From contig CAVWYD010000009.1 of NCBI GenBank assembly GCA_963759055.1, positions 54,529-118,528 of the forward strand: 64,000 nucleotides of DNA. The letters run 5' to 3'. Below, piece after piece: positions 28,492 through 37,422 of the stretch. The notes beneath the pieces are model-generated. The model did not search any database and had not been told where the DNA came from. It saw only the letters and a list, made by a program, of their open reading frames with translations. The DNA comes from an uncultured Gammaproteobacteria bacterium. Lineage in GTDB: Bacteria; Pseudomonadota; Gammaproteobacteria; Chromatiales; Chromatiaceae. The stretch's first letter is position 1. The number at the start of each line of letters is the position of its first letter. The position numbers were made by a program, and so were the translations under genes.

Positions 28492-29329
28492 GTGAAGGGT
28501 GGCTGTGGTCGTGCGGATGTGCGTGCAGCAGCTGTCCGTCCGGCTGAATTTCCGGACGCAGGGTCTCGCCGCGGGCCACGCGCTCGACCGCGGCGTTATG
28601 TTCGGCACGCAGCCAGCCGAGCCAGGCGTCCATGCCCTCACCGCTGCGTGCCGACAGCGTAAACACAGGCGCGGTGCTGGCCAGTTCCCGCAGGTGCCTT
28701 TCGGCCTTTTCCGGCAAAAAGTCATCGAGCACCGTGAGCAGATCGGATTTGCTGACTAGCATCAGGTCTGACGCACGAAACATCACCGGATATTTTGCCG
28801 GCTTGTCGTCGCCCTCGGTCACCGACAGCAGGGTGATGTTGCGGTGCTGGCCGAGATCGAAACTGGCCGGGCAGACGAGGTTGCCGACATTTTCGATAAA
28901 CAGGATGTCCACATTGTCCAGATCGAGCTGATGAAGTGCCTTGTGCACCATGTGGGCGTCGAGATGGCAGGCGGTGCCGGTGGTTATCTGAACGGCTTCC
29001 ACCCCTTTCTCGCGGATGCGCCGGGCGTCGTTCTCGGTTTCCAGGTCACCCTCGACCACGGCAATGCGCATTTCGTCTGCGATGGCCGAGATGGTCTCCT
29101 CCAGCAGGCGTGTCTTGCCTGACCCGGGGGATGACATCAGGTTGATCGCCAGCACACCATGTCTGTCGAAGTGTTCGCGATTGTGTGCGGCGATGCGATC
29201 ATTCTCACTCAGCAGCCCCTGCAGAACAGAGATCGCCTCTTTGCCCGACTCGGTCTGCGCGAGTTCGCCGTCGCCTTCGATCAGGTGACGGTTGCCTTCG
29301 GTGACGTTGCATCCACAGGTCTTACACAT
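28484..29329 (-). CDS. hypB: Hydrogenase nickel-insertion GTPase HypB
   Basis: MCKTCGC, SSPGSGKT, CHLDA, ENVGNLVCPASFDLG and EGDDKPAKYP; His-rich tail. Confidence 0.95.
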   Translation of the reverse strand: MCKTCGCNVTEGNRHLIEGDGELAQTESGKEAISVLQGLLSENDRIAAHNREHFDRHGVLAINLMSSPGSGKTRLLEETISAIADEMRIAVVEGDLETENDARRIREKGVEAVQITTGTACHLDAHMVHKALHQLDLDNVDILFIENVGNLVCPASFDLGQHRNITLLSVTEGDDKPAKYPVMFRASDLMLVSKSDLLTVLDDFLPEKAERHLRELASTAPVFTLSARSGEGMDAWLGWLRAEHNAAVERVARGETLRPEIQPDGQLLHAHPHDHSHPSHD

Positions 29330-29346
29330 ACTAGGCCCTTGATTCC

Positions 29347-29703
29347 TCAGGCGCTCCGGCGCCTTTCCAGTTCGACGCTCATGAGCAGCATTTCATCGCC
29401 GCTCAGGAGCTGGGTCCGGTAGTCACCGCATGCACCGCACAAAAGACGGTTTGCCGTGGCTTCGGACTCTGCGCCGCAGCTCAGGCATTTAACCTTGACC
29501 GGCGACTGCTCGATTGACAGTTCGGCGTCTTCTGCCACCGTACCGGCGGCCGCGATCGGGAAAGCATCGCTGAGCAAGCTCGCTTCGACCCCCGAGAGAG
29601 GTCCTATGCTGAGCAGAATTCGGCTGATGCGTTCGGCATTCTCGCGCTGCGCGATCTGCTCGATCTGGCTCATCAGGCCCTGGCAGACCGCCAGTTCATG
29701 CAT
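29347..29703 (-). CDS. hypA: Hydrogenase nickel metallochaperone HypA
   Basis: MHELAV start and two CxxC motifs (CLSC, CGAC). Confidence 0.93.
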   Translation of the reverse strand: MHELAVCQGLMSQIEQIAQRENAERISRILLSIGPLSGVEASLLSDAFPIAAAGTVAEDAELSIEQSPVKVKCLSCGAESEATANRLLCGACGDYRTQLLSGDEMLLMSVELERRRSA

Positions 29704-29935
29704 GCTGCCCACTCTCCGCCGCCAGCATCTCGTCGTAGATCTCCCAGGCTGTGGCGGCCTCTTCGGGAGATACCTTCTGAATGGCATAACCGACGTGCAC
29801 GATGACGAAGTCGCCGTCTTCCAGCGGTTCATGCTGCATCATGAACAGACTTACATCGCGTTCCACGCCTTTGGCTTCGCAGCGCGCGTTGAAGCCGTCG
29901 ATGTGTTTGATTTGCATTGGGATGCCAAGACACAT
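29696..29935 (-). CDS. hypC: Hydrogenase chaperone HypC
   Basis: MCLGIP start and VIVHVGYAI. Confidence 0.95.
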   Translation of the reverse strand: MCLGIPMQIKHIDGFNARCEAKGVERDVSLFMMQHEPLEDGDFVIVHVGYAIQKVSPEEAATAWEIYDEMLAAESGQHA

Positions 29936-29992
29936 GATCTGCTACTTTAAGCCTCTGAGTTAACTTCTTCCGTTCAAGGTCACCGAAACTTT

Positions 29993-30460
29993 ATGCGCAC
30001 TACGCTCATCCTCGGCATCGGCAACAATCTCCTGACCGACGAAGGGGTCGGGATACATGTGGTCCGCCACCTCGAGGAGCGCCATGATGGCGAGCCGGGT
30101 GTCACCTTCCTCGATGGCGGCACACTCAGTTTCACCCTGGCCGAACCTATTGCGGAACACGACAACCTCATTGTCGTCGATGCCGCCCGGTTTGGCGAAC
30201 CTGCGGGTACGGTTCGTTGCCTCGAAGGCGACGATATGGACCGCTACCTGACGGGTAACAGGGCCAGTGTGCACGAGGTGGGGTTGATGGACCTGTTTGA
30301 TATCTCCCGCCTGTCCGGCACTTTTCCCGAGCATCGTGCGCTGATTGGTGTGGAACCCCAGTCCCTGGATTGGGGCGAGTTCCCGAGCTCCAAAGTGGCG
30401 CCCAAGATCGCCGAGGTGGCCGCCATGGCAATCGCGCTCGCACAGCGCTGGCGTCATTAA
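29993..30460 (+). CDS. Hydrogenase maturation endopeptidase (HyaD/HybD/HupD family)
   Basis: ILGIGNNLLTDEGVG, LDGGT, VVDA and SVHEVG. Confidence 0.92.
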   Translation: MRTTLILGIGNNLLTDEGVGIHVVRHLEERHDGEPGVTFLDGGTLSFTLAEPIAEHDNLIVVDAARFGEPAGTVRCLEGDDMDRYLTGNRASVHEVGLMDLFDISRLSGTFPEHRALIGVEPQSLDWGEFPSSKVAPKIAEVAAMAIALAQRWRH

Positions 30461-30487
30461 TTATCCACTAATATACTGTTTTGACTC

Positions 30488-30501
30488 TTGATGCAGATCA
30501 T
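30488..30501. promoter_or_regulatory. FNR/CRP-family box TTGAT-GCAG-ATCAT
   Basis: 9/10 match to TTGAT-N4-ATCAA in the intergenic region of the hydrogenase cluster. Confidence 0.55.
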
Positions 30502-30713
30502 AAGGGTGAACCGGGTACAGCCATCGCTGTGCCGAATCAGAAAGGTGGCGGTGATAACCATGAGCGGGTTGGATTCGATTCCGGTGATTCTCGGGGGCCG
30601 ATCGGACGGTGATCTTCGTACCCAGAATCTCAGGCCTCTGTTGCTGCAGGTCATCAGGAGACATTTTTCCGGCATTTTGCAGAAAAGCACGGGAAATGGC
30701 CGAAAATTGAAGA

Positions 30714-30726
30714 TAAGCGGTTGATT
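30714..30726 (-). promoter_or_regulatory. IHF consensus site
   Basis: Minus strand AATCAACCGCTTA matches WATCAANNNNTTR exactly, in the AT-richer region upstream of the DsrC-like gene. Confidence 0.45.
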
Positions 30727-30903
30727 ATATAGGCAAATTCAGGTTTTTCAAGGACGCTAATTTGCCCTTGTTGTCCCTGGGTCAAACAAAGTGGAACTAA
30801 CGGAAGCCAGGGTGGTTCTGCACCCCGTCTGCTGGTGCTAGATTGAACACAAAAGGAGAACCAATTTTCCTTTCTCACTGATCGCAGAATCGGGAGGCGC
30901 AAA

Positions 30904-31293
30904 ATGAGGATGGAAGAAGCAAAGGGCCGGATAGCCACTCCGGAGTCCCGGGAGCATGCGTTAATCGAAGTCGAAGGGCGCTACATTCAGATCGATCAGG
31001 AGGGATACCTGGTGGATCCGGACGATTGGACAAAGGCCGTCACCGAGTATATGGCCGAGATCGACGGCGTCGAGCTGGTGGATGACCACTGGTTGCTGAT
31101 CGATTTTCTGAATCGCTTCTACGCGGAATACCAGATCGCACCGGAGATGCCGGTGTTGGCGCGTAATCTGTGCAAGGACCAGAACGATTGCCGCTGGACC
31201 CGAAAGTACATCAAGCAACTGTTCCCCGACGGTGCCAGGACAGCCTGCCGCTATGCAGGTTTGCCGGCTCCGGTAGGCAGGAGTTGTGGCTGA
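30904..31293 (+). CDS. TusE/DsrC/DsvC-family sulfur-relay protein (atypical cysteine pattern)
   Basis: IDQEGYLVDPDDW, ELVDDHW.LI.F...FY and LFPDGARTACRYAGLP...CG C-terminus. Confidence 0.88.
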   Translation: MRMEEAKGRIATPESREHALIEVEGRYIQIDQEGYLVDPDDWTKAVTEYMAEIDGVELVDDHWLLIDFLNRFYAEYQIAPEMPVLARNLCKDQNDCRWTRKYIKQLFPDGARTACRYAGLPAPVGRSCG

Positions 31294-31492
31294 GCATCGG
31301 GCTCCGGGTGTTATTGCCCGGCCTGATCGTTGCTGATCTGCGCGACCTTCGGTGCTGCAGGGGATTCTTCGATCCTCTGCGCTCGCGGTCGCGCGCCGCA
31401 ATGTTCCGCACCGGAAATGGGGTGGCAGAAAGCGACCGAACGCGGGTTTGTCATGCTCCCGTCGACGCCATCGATAATCAATTAAGCAAAAG

Positions 31493-31534
31493 CTGATATA
31501 AGTCAGTTCAACAAGCCTGTCCGCAAGCTATTAT
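31493..31534 (+). promoter_or_regulatory. Putative class II FNR-type promoter of the hupH-hyn operon
   Basis: CTGAT-ATAA-GTCAG (31493-31506) and -10 TATTAT (31529-31534); the box centre sits at -41.5 for a TSS near 31541. Confidence 0.55.
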
Positions 31535-31580
31535 GTCGCCAGTACGGTAATGCCTGTCTATCCTATTATGGAGCCGAGAC

Positions 31581-32009
31581 GTGTCAGGTTTGGACGCAAT
31601 TGACGTCAAAGTCGTTAAGCCCATGGGCCTCACGACCGGCAATGCGTTACCGATTCTGCACGAGATCCGGCACGCGCTTGAAAGGCTCGCATCGACCGGC
31701 GAACCGACGACAATTGATCTGTCGTCCATACCGCTTTCCTCCGAAGACCGCGACCAGCTGCTCGACATCCTCGGAAAAGGTGAGGTCGAGGCCAGGCTCG
31801 ACGCCTTCGGGCCTTCGAATATTCGGGAGACCGCGTATCCCGGTGTCTGGCTGGTACAGCACATGAATCCCCAGGGTGAGGAGCATTCGTCCCTCATCGA
31901 GATCACACGTTTTCCCTCTCTGCTGCTTACCCCCGAGGCGGATGTGAACGATTCCGCGGCGGCGCTTGCAGACTGGCTTACGGCGTCAGGACGGGAAGAT
32001 GCGGATTGA
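31581..32009 (+). CDS. hupH: Hydrogenase expression/formation protein HupH (HupH_C domain)
   Basis: IDLSSIPL...LGKGEV...IRETAYPGVWLV; position directly before hynS. Confidence 0.85.
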   Translation: MSGLDAIDVKVVKPMGLTTGNALPILHEIRHALERLASTGEPTTIDLSSIPLSSEDRDQLLDILGKGEVEARLDAFGPSNIRETAYPGVWLVQHMNPQGEEHSSLIEITRFPSLLLTPEADVNDSAAALADWLTASGREDAD

Positions 32010-32051
32010 ACACTGAACACCAACTCGCTTTGAAGCAGGAGTAATCAAAAG

Positions 32052-33143
32052 GTGGATGACCTAACTCTCAGTGAACGTCTGCGCCAACGCGGCGTATCGC
32101 GCCGCGGCTTCATGAAATTCTGCGCCGCCACCGCGTCCATGATGGCGCTGCCGCCGATCATGATCCCGAAGGTGGCCGCGGCGCTCGAGCAGGCGCGAAG
32201 GCCATCAGTGATCTGGCTTTCGTTCCAGGAATGCACGGGCTGTACAGAATCATTGACCCGCAGTCATGCCCCGACGATCGAAGGCCTGATCTTCGATCAT
32301 ATCTCGCTTGACTATCACCACACGCTGCAGGCGGCTTCCGGTGACGCCGCAGAACATGCCCGCGATGAGGCCATGAAGAAGAACTGGGGCGAGTACCTGC
32401 TGGTCGTCGACGGCTCGATTCCTCTGGGTGAAAACGGCAACTTCTCCGCCATCGCGGGGATAAGCAATCTCGAGATGCTGAAAGAGGTGGCTGAGGGTGC
32501 TGCGGCGATCGTATCAGTCGGTACCTGTGCGGCCTTCGGCGGTCTGCCCATGGCCAACCCGAATCCTACCGGTGCGGTATCGGTCTCGGACATCATCAAA
32601 GACAAGCCGATCGTGAACGTTCCGGGCTGCCCACCGATTCCGACGGCGATTACCGGCGTGCTGGCACATTTCCTGACCTTCGGCCGACTGCCCGAACTGG
32701 ATCATCTGAATCGCCCAAAGGTGTTTTTTGGCCAGAATATCCACGATCGTTGCTATCGTCGTCCGTTCTACGAGCGTGGCCAGTTTGCCGAGACCTTCGA
32801 TGACGAGGGGGCGCGCAAGGGCTGGTGTTTGTTCAAGCTGGGTTGCAAGGGACCGACGACCTACAACGCCTGTGCCACTGCCAAGTGGAACGAGGGTACG
32901 AGCTTTCCAATCGAGTCCGGGCACGGCTGTATCGGTTGTTCCGAACCGAATTTCTGGGATGCCGGTGGCTTCTACCGCGCCTTGTCCCTGCCTCACACGA
33001 ATGTCGGCGACACCATTCTGACCGCGGGTGCCGCGGGTATCGCCCTTGGTGCGGCGGCAGCCGTCCTGAACCGCAAGCGCAAGTCTGACGCGGTGGACAA
33101 CCGCGAAACCATCACCATCAAAGACCTGAGTAAGGAGTCCTAA
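32052..33143 (+). CDS. hynS: [NiFe] hydrogenase small subunit (group 1e, Isp-type)
   Basis: Tat signal SRRGFMKFC, ECTGCTES, GTCAAFGG, PGCPP, HDRCYRR, CLFKLGCKGP, GHGCIGCSEP and a C-terminal TM. Confidence 0.93.
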   Translation: MDDLTLSERLRQRGVSRRGFMKFCAATASMMALPPIMIPKVAAALEQARRPSVIWLSFQECTGCTESLTRSHAPTIEGLIFDHISLDYHHTLQAASGDAAEHARDEAMKKNWGEYLLVVDGSIPLGENGNFSAIAGISNLEMLKEVAEGAAAIVSVGTCAAFGGLPMANPNPTGAVSVSDIIKDKPIVNVPGCPPIPTAITGVLAHFLTFGRLPELDHLNRPKVFFGQNIHDRCYRRPFYERGQFAETFDDEGARKGWCLFKLGCKGPTTYNACATAKWNEGTSFPIESGHGCIGCSEPNFWDAGGFYRALSLPHTNVGDTILTAGAAGIALGAAAAVLNRKRKSDAVDNRETITIKDLSKES

Positions 33144-33146
33144 ACC

Positions 33147-33806
33147 ATGGATGCCAATGAGCTACTCGCCTGGGCTCGGGGTTCGGGGTTCGATATCGCG
33201 CTGACCATCTTCGTGGCCGGTATGTTGTTGCGGCTGTTGGAGGTCCTGGCTCTGGGCAATAAACCCGACCTGTCTGCGCCGCGTGGCAGTGGCCCCAAGG
33301 GGGGCGTGCAAACCTTGTTGAGCCGCAACCTGCCGCGTAAGGCGGTCTTCGAAAAGGAACCGCTGCGCATCATCAACGGCTATGTGCTGCACATCGGTTT
33401 TTTCATCGTCCTGTTTCTGTATGGTCCACACATCGTGCTGTTCGAGTCGTTCCTTGGATTTGGCTGGCCGGCCTTGCCTTCGGGGATGATCGATGCGGTC
33501 GGTGCCATCACGATTCTTTCGCTGATCGCCGCGCTCGTGTTCCGGCTCAACAACAAGGTGATCCGCTTCATTAGCACGAAGGACGACTATGTCGCCTGGA
33601 CGGTGACCCTGTTGCCGCTATTGACCGGATACATGGCCTATAACCATCTGGTCGCCTCGTACACCATGATGCTTGCCTTGCACCTGCTCAGCGTCGAACT
33701 TTTGCTGGTGGTCGCACCTTTCACCAAGCTGACCCATATGTTCAGTTTCGCCATGGCCCGCTGGTACCAGGGTTATCAGGCCGGCCGTAGAGGAGTGGAA
33801 TCATGA
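33147..33806 (+). CDS. isp1: Isp1, NarI/DsrM-like membrane cytochrome b
   Basis: Five TMs with heme-ligating His (YVLHIG, GPHI, LALHLLS, FTKLTH); lies between hynS and hynL. Confidence 0.88.
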   Translation: MDANELLAWARGSGFDIALTIFVAGMLLRLLEVLALGNKPDLSAPRGSGPKGGVQTLLSRNLPRKAVFEKEPLRIINGYVLHIGFFIVLFLYGPHIVLFESFLGFGWPALPSGMIDAVGAITILSLIAALVFRLNNKVIRFISTKDDYVAWTVTLLPLLTGYMAYNHLVASYTMMLALHLLSVELLLVVAPFTKLTHMFSFAMARWYQGYQAGRRGVES

Positions 33807-35080
33807 GTGCGCCCTCTGTCGAAAAAGGTATTCAGGCAATCAAGGGGCAGATCGACGCACCGGTTGCGAGTTTCTTCAGCGCCTGTGTACATTGCGGCCT
33901 GTGTGCCGAGGCCTGCCTTTTCTATACCGAGACCGGTGATCCCAAGTACACGCCGATCAACAAGGTCGAGCCCATGCGTCGCATCTGGGAACGCGAGTAC
34001 ACCCTGTTCGGCAAGGCCAAGGCCGCCCTGGGACTGTCGAAAGAGGTGGACGCGGACACCTTCGCCGAGTGGGAGACCCTGGTCTACGACGGTTGCACGC
34101 TGTGTGGACGATGCTCTCTGGTGTGCCCGGTTGGCAACGACATCTCCGGCATGATCCGCAAGATCCGCGAGGGTTTTGCCGCGGCGGGTTATGCACCCGA
34201 GGGCCTGATCGGTGCCAGCACGAGGGCGGTGGAGATCGGTAGCCCGATGGGCGTCAAGCTGCCGGCTGTGCAGGCGCAGATCAAACACCTGCAGAAAAAC
34301 ACCGGCCTGGACGTCCCGATAGATGCCAAGGGTGCGGAGTACCTGGTGCTTTTGTCGTCCATGGAAATCATGAACTTCCCGGAATACCTGGAAGCCATTG
34401 CGCGCATCATGCATCAGGCCGGCAAGACCTGGACCATAGCCTCCAAGGCGTTTGAGGCGACCAACAGTGGCATCCAGATCGGTGTATCCGATATTGCGAA
34501 GCTGCTGGTCAGCCGGGTTGTGGATGCCGCCGACGAACTGGGCGTGAAGACCGTGATCAGCCCGGAGTGCGGTCACGCATTCACCGCCATCCGCTGGGAT
34601 GGTGCGAATCTGATCGGAAGGCCTTATGGATTCGAGGTCAAGCATATCCTCGAGGTGCTGGATGAGTTTGTGAAAAAGGGCCTCATCAAGACCAAGGGCA
34701 TGGAAGACGCGAAACTCACCTACCACGACCCCTGCCAGATCGCGCGCAAGGGTGGTGTGGTGGAACAACCACGTAACCTGCTGAACAAGATCGCCAGCAA
34801 CTTCGTCGAGATGGAAGAGGCAGGTGAAATGAACTGGTGCTGTGGCGGTGGCGGCGGTGTCAGCGCCAATGAGCGCGCAGACGAACTCAAGCTGACCGCA
34901 TTCAATCGCAAGAAGGCACAACTCGAGGCGCTGGGTGTGGACACCCTTGTAACCGCCTGCGCCAACTGCCGTCTGACGCTGGAAGAGGGATTGGAGGAAA
35001 ACAATATGGATATCCCGATCGTCGGTCTGACCGAGATGCTCGCAGAGCATCTGATTGAGGACGACAAGGAGCGGGCATGA
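33803..35080 (+). CDS. isp2: Isp2, HdrD/DsrK-like Fe-S oxidoreductase
   Basis: CVHCGLCAEAC and CTLCGRCSLVCP ferredoxin motifs; PECGH, YHDPCQ, WCCGGGGG and TACANC (CCG domain). Confidence 0.9.
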   Translation: MSAPSVEKGIQAIKGQIDAPVASFFSACVHCGLCAEACLFYTETGDPKYTPINKVEPMRRIWEREYTLFGKAKAALGLSKEVDADTFAEWETLVYDGCTLCGRCSLVCPVGNDISGMIRKIREGFAAAGYAPEGLIGASTRAVEIGSPMGVKLPAVQAQIKHLQKNTGLDVPIDAKGAEYLVLLSSMEIMNFPEYLEAIARIMHQAGKTWTIASKAFEATNSGIQIGVSDIAKLLVSRVVDAADELGVKTVISPECGHAFTAIRWDGANLIGRPYGFEVKHILEVLDEFVKKGLIKTKGMEDAKLTYHDPCQIARKGGVVEQPRNLLNKIASNFVEMEEAGEMNWCCGGGGGVSANERADELKLTAFNRKKAQLEALGVDTLVTACANCRLTLEEGLEENNMDIPIVGLTEMLAEHLIEDDKERA

Positions 35081-35535
35081 TGGGCAGCATCAGCAATGAC
35101 AAGCAGTTCCGTGATGCGCTGAACGGCCTGAATGCTCAGCGACAGCGCCTTGTAGGTGCGCTGTTCGTCGAGAACGTTCTGGGCCTCACTGAGGATCCGC
35201 GTGTGGCCCGGTCTTTGATTGCGGCCAAGGACACGCAACTGGGCGAGGAAGCCCTGAACCTGGCCCGGCGCAGCGCCAAGGCAGCCAGCCTGGAGGCGCA
35301 TACCCGCTGCGGCTCCGATGGCGAGTGGACCGATCAGGCGGGCTATTTCGTTGCACGTGCTGCTGAGGCCTGCCTGGAACCGGAGGGCCGTTCGCAGGGC
35401 AAGGGCGCGGCCTGGAAGGCGGCGATGAGTGCGCGTATGGCGCGTACCTGCCTGGCCGCCGACAGCGACGAGGATGCGCATGACACGGAAAGCCAGGCGC
35501 AATATCAAATCTTGACCAGCTATCTGGATGCATGA
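35077..35535 (+). CDS. Hypothetical helical protein inserted between isp2 and hynL
   Basis: 152 aa; ATGA overlap with the isp2 stop; ends 10 nt before the hynL ATG; three Cys. Confidence 0.75.
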   Translation: MMGSISNDKQFRDALNGLNAQRQRLVGALFVENVLGLTEDPRVARSLIAAKDTQLGEEALNLARRSAKAASLEAHTRCGSDGEWTDQAGYFVARAAEACLEPEGRSQGKGAAWKAAMSARMARTCLAADSDEDAHDTESQAQYQILTSYLDA

Positions 35536-35545
35536 GGACCAAGCC

Positions 35546-37288
35546 ATGAGTGAACGCGTCGTCGTCGACCCCATCACACGAATCGAGGGGCATCTGCGCA
35601 TCGAGGCGCAGATGAATGGCAACCAGATCGAGTCTGCCTATTCTTCGGGCACCATGGTCAGAGGAATCGAACTCATCATGCGCGACCGCGACCCGCGTGA
35701 TGCCTGGGCCTTTGCGCAGCGCATCTGCGGTGTCTGCACCCTGGTGCATGGCATTGCCTCCGTGCGCGCTGTAGAGGATGCGCTGGATTACGAGATTCCG
35801 GCCAACGCCCAGTTGGTTCGCAACCTGATGATTGCGGCTCAGTATGTCCATGATCATGTGATGCACTTTTATCACCTGCATGCCCTGGACTGGGTGGACG
35901 TGGTTTCGGCACTCGGCGCCGACCCCAAAGCGACTGCAGAGCTTGCACAAAGCCTCTCGAGCTGGCCGAAGGCCTCACCGGGCTATTTCGCAGACATGCA
36001 GAAGAAGCTCAAGACTTTCGTCGAGGCCGGCCAGTTGGGTATCTTCGCCAAGGCCTATTGGGGACATCCTGCCTACAAGCTGCCGCCTGAGGCCAACCTG
36101 ATGGCGGTCACGCACTATATTGAGGCACTCGAATGGCAGCGTGACGTGGTAAAGCTGCATGCCGTCTTCGGTGGCAAGAACCCACATCCGATGTTCCTGG
36201 TCGGCGGCACGCCGAACCCCATCGATCTCGAATCGGATTCGGCCGTCAATGCGAAGAAGCTGGCCCTGGTTCAGTCGATCATCGACCAGATGCGTACCTT
36301 CGTGGATCAGGTATATGTGCCGGACACACTGGCGGTCGCCGGGTTCTACCCCGAATGGTTCGAGCGCGGTGAGGGTCTGGGCAATTTCCTGGTCGTCGGT
36401 GATTTTCCGTCCGCCGAGGCGGGTTCCGATCTGCGCGACCCGATGAGCTGGTGGATACCACCGGGGGCGATCCTTGGTCGTAATCTGGATGAGGTGCATG
36501 AGGTTGATCTGCGCGCCGACTCCGAGATTCAGGAGTTCGTCTCGCACAGTTGGTACGAGTATGAAGAGGGCAAGGACAAGGGACTGCACCCCTGGAAGGG
36601 CGAGACCAGCTTCGACTACAAGGGTCGCGGTGGACCGGATACCCCCTACAAACAGCTGAATGTCGAAGATGGCTATTCCTGGTTGAAGGCACCGCGGTGG
36701 AAGGGGAATGCGATGGAGGTGGGTCCCCTGGCACGGGTCCTGCTGCTCTATGCGAAGGGTGATGAGGCCACGCAGGAACTGGTGAACTCGACCCTGAGCA
36801 CACTGGGTGCGGACAAACGCGCACTGTTCTCTACCCTGGGCCGCACCGCGGCACGTACGCTCGAGACCAAGTTGATTGCGGACAAGATGCAGACATGGAT
36901 GGACACCCTGATGGCCAACATCAAGGCCGGCAACACACGCACATTCAACGAGAAAAAGTGGGATCCGTCCGGCTGGCCGAAGGAGGCCAGGGGCGTCGGC
37001 TTCACGGAGGCGCCAAGGGGTGGTCTGGCGCACTACATCGTGATCAAGGACCAGAAGATAGACAACTACCAGGCCGTGGTGCCGTCGACCTGGAATGCCG
37101 GTCCGCGTGACCCCGAGAACAAGGCAGGCGCCTACGAGGCCGCATTGCAGGACAATCACCAACTGCACGACCCCAAGCAGCCGGTCGAGATCCTGCGCAC
37201 GATACACAGCTTCGACCCCTGTATCGCCTGTGCGGTGCATCTCACGGATGAGGATGGCGACGAGATGCTGCAGGTCAAGATCAAGTGA
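35546..37288 (+). CDS. hynL: [NiFe] hydrogenase large subunit (group 1e)
   Basis: VDPITRIEGH, L1 QRICGVC, L2 SFDPCIACAVH and a cleavable C-terminal tail. Confidence 0.95.
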   Translation: MSERVVVDPITRIEGHLRIEAQMNGNQIESAYSSGTMVRGIELIMRDRDPRDAWAFAQRICGVCTLVHGIASVRAVEDALDYEIPANAQLVRNLMIAAQYVHDHVMHFYHLHALDWVDVVSALGADPKATAELAQSLSSWPKASPGYFADMQKKLKTFVEAGQLGIFAKAYWGHPAYKLPPEANLMAVTHYIEALEWQRDVVKLHAVFGGKNPHPMFLVGGTPNPIDLESDSAVNAKKLALVQSIIDQMRTFVDQVYVPDTLAVAGFYPEWFERGEGLGNFLVVGDFPSAEAGSDLRDPMSWWIPPGAILGRNLDEVHEVDLRADSEIQEFVSHSWYEYEEGKDKGLHPWKGETSFDYKGRGGPDTPYKQLNVEDGYSWLKAPRWKGNAMEVGPLARVLLLYAKGDEATQELVNSTLSTLGADKRALFSTLGRTAARTLETKLIADKMQTWMDTLMANIKAGNTRTFNEKKWDPSGWPKEARGVGFTEAPRGGLAHYIVIKDQKIDNYQAVVPSTWNAGPRDPENKAGAYEAALQDNHQLHDPKQPVEILRTIHSFDPCIACAVHLTDEDGDEMLQVKIK

Positions 37289-37305
37289 TCTGACCGGGTC
37301 TGGAA

Positions 37306-37403
37306 TGGCGGGCACAGCCCGCCTACCGAGCGGGTAGTCATTTATAAGATATGTAGGTCGGGCTGCGCCCGGCACGAATCGGCAGGCAAAGCCTGCTCTC
37401 CGA
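37306..37403. repeat. Cluster of three GTAG-type REP-like palindromes (copies 3-5; the last two form an inverted doublet)
   Basis: 37306-37326 (-) GTAGGCGGGCTGTGCCCGCCA; 37353-37374 (+) GTAGGTCGGGCTGCGCCCGGCA; 37378-37403 (-) TCGGAGAGCAGGCTTTGCCTGCCGAT (23/26 to copy 2). Confidence 0.65.
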
Positions 37404-37422
37404 TAGTCTCGATTCTCCGGAG

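Noticed and set aside
30730-30900. Sigma54 promoter downstream of the IHF site
   Set aside because: No GG-N10-GC with correct spacing was found; TGGAAC...AAGC is off by one.
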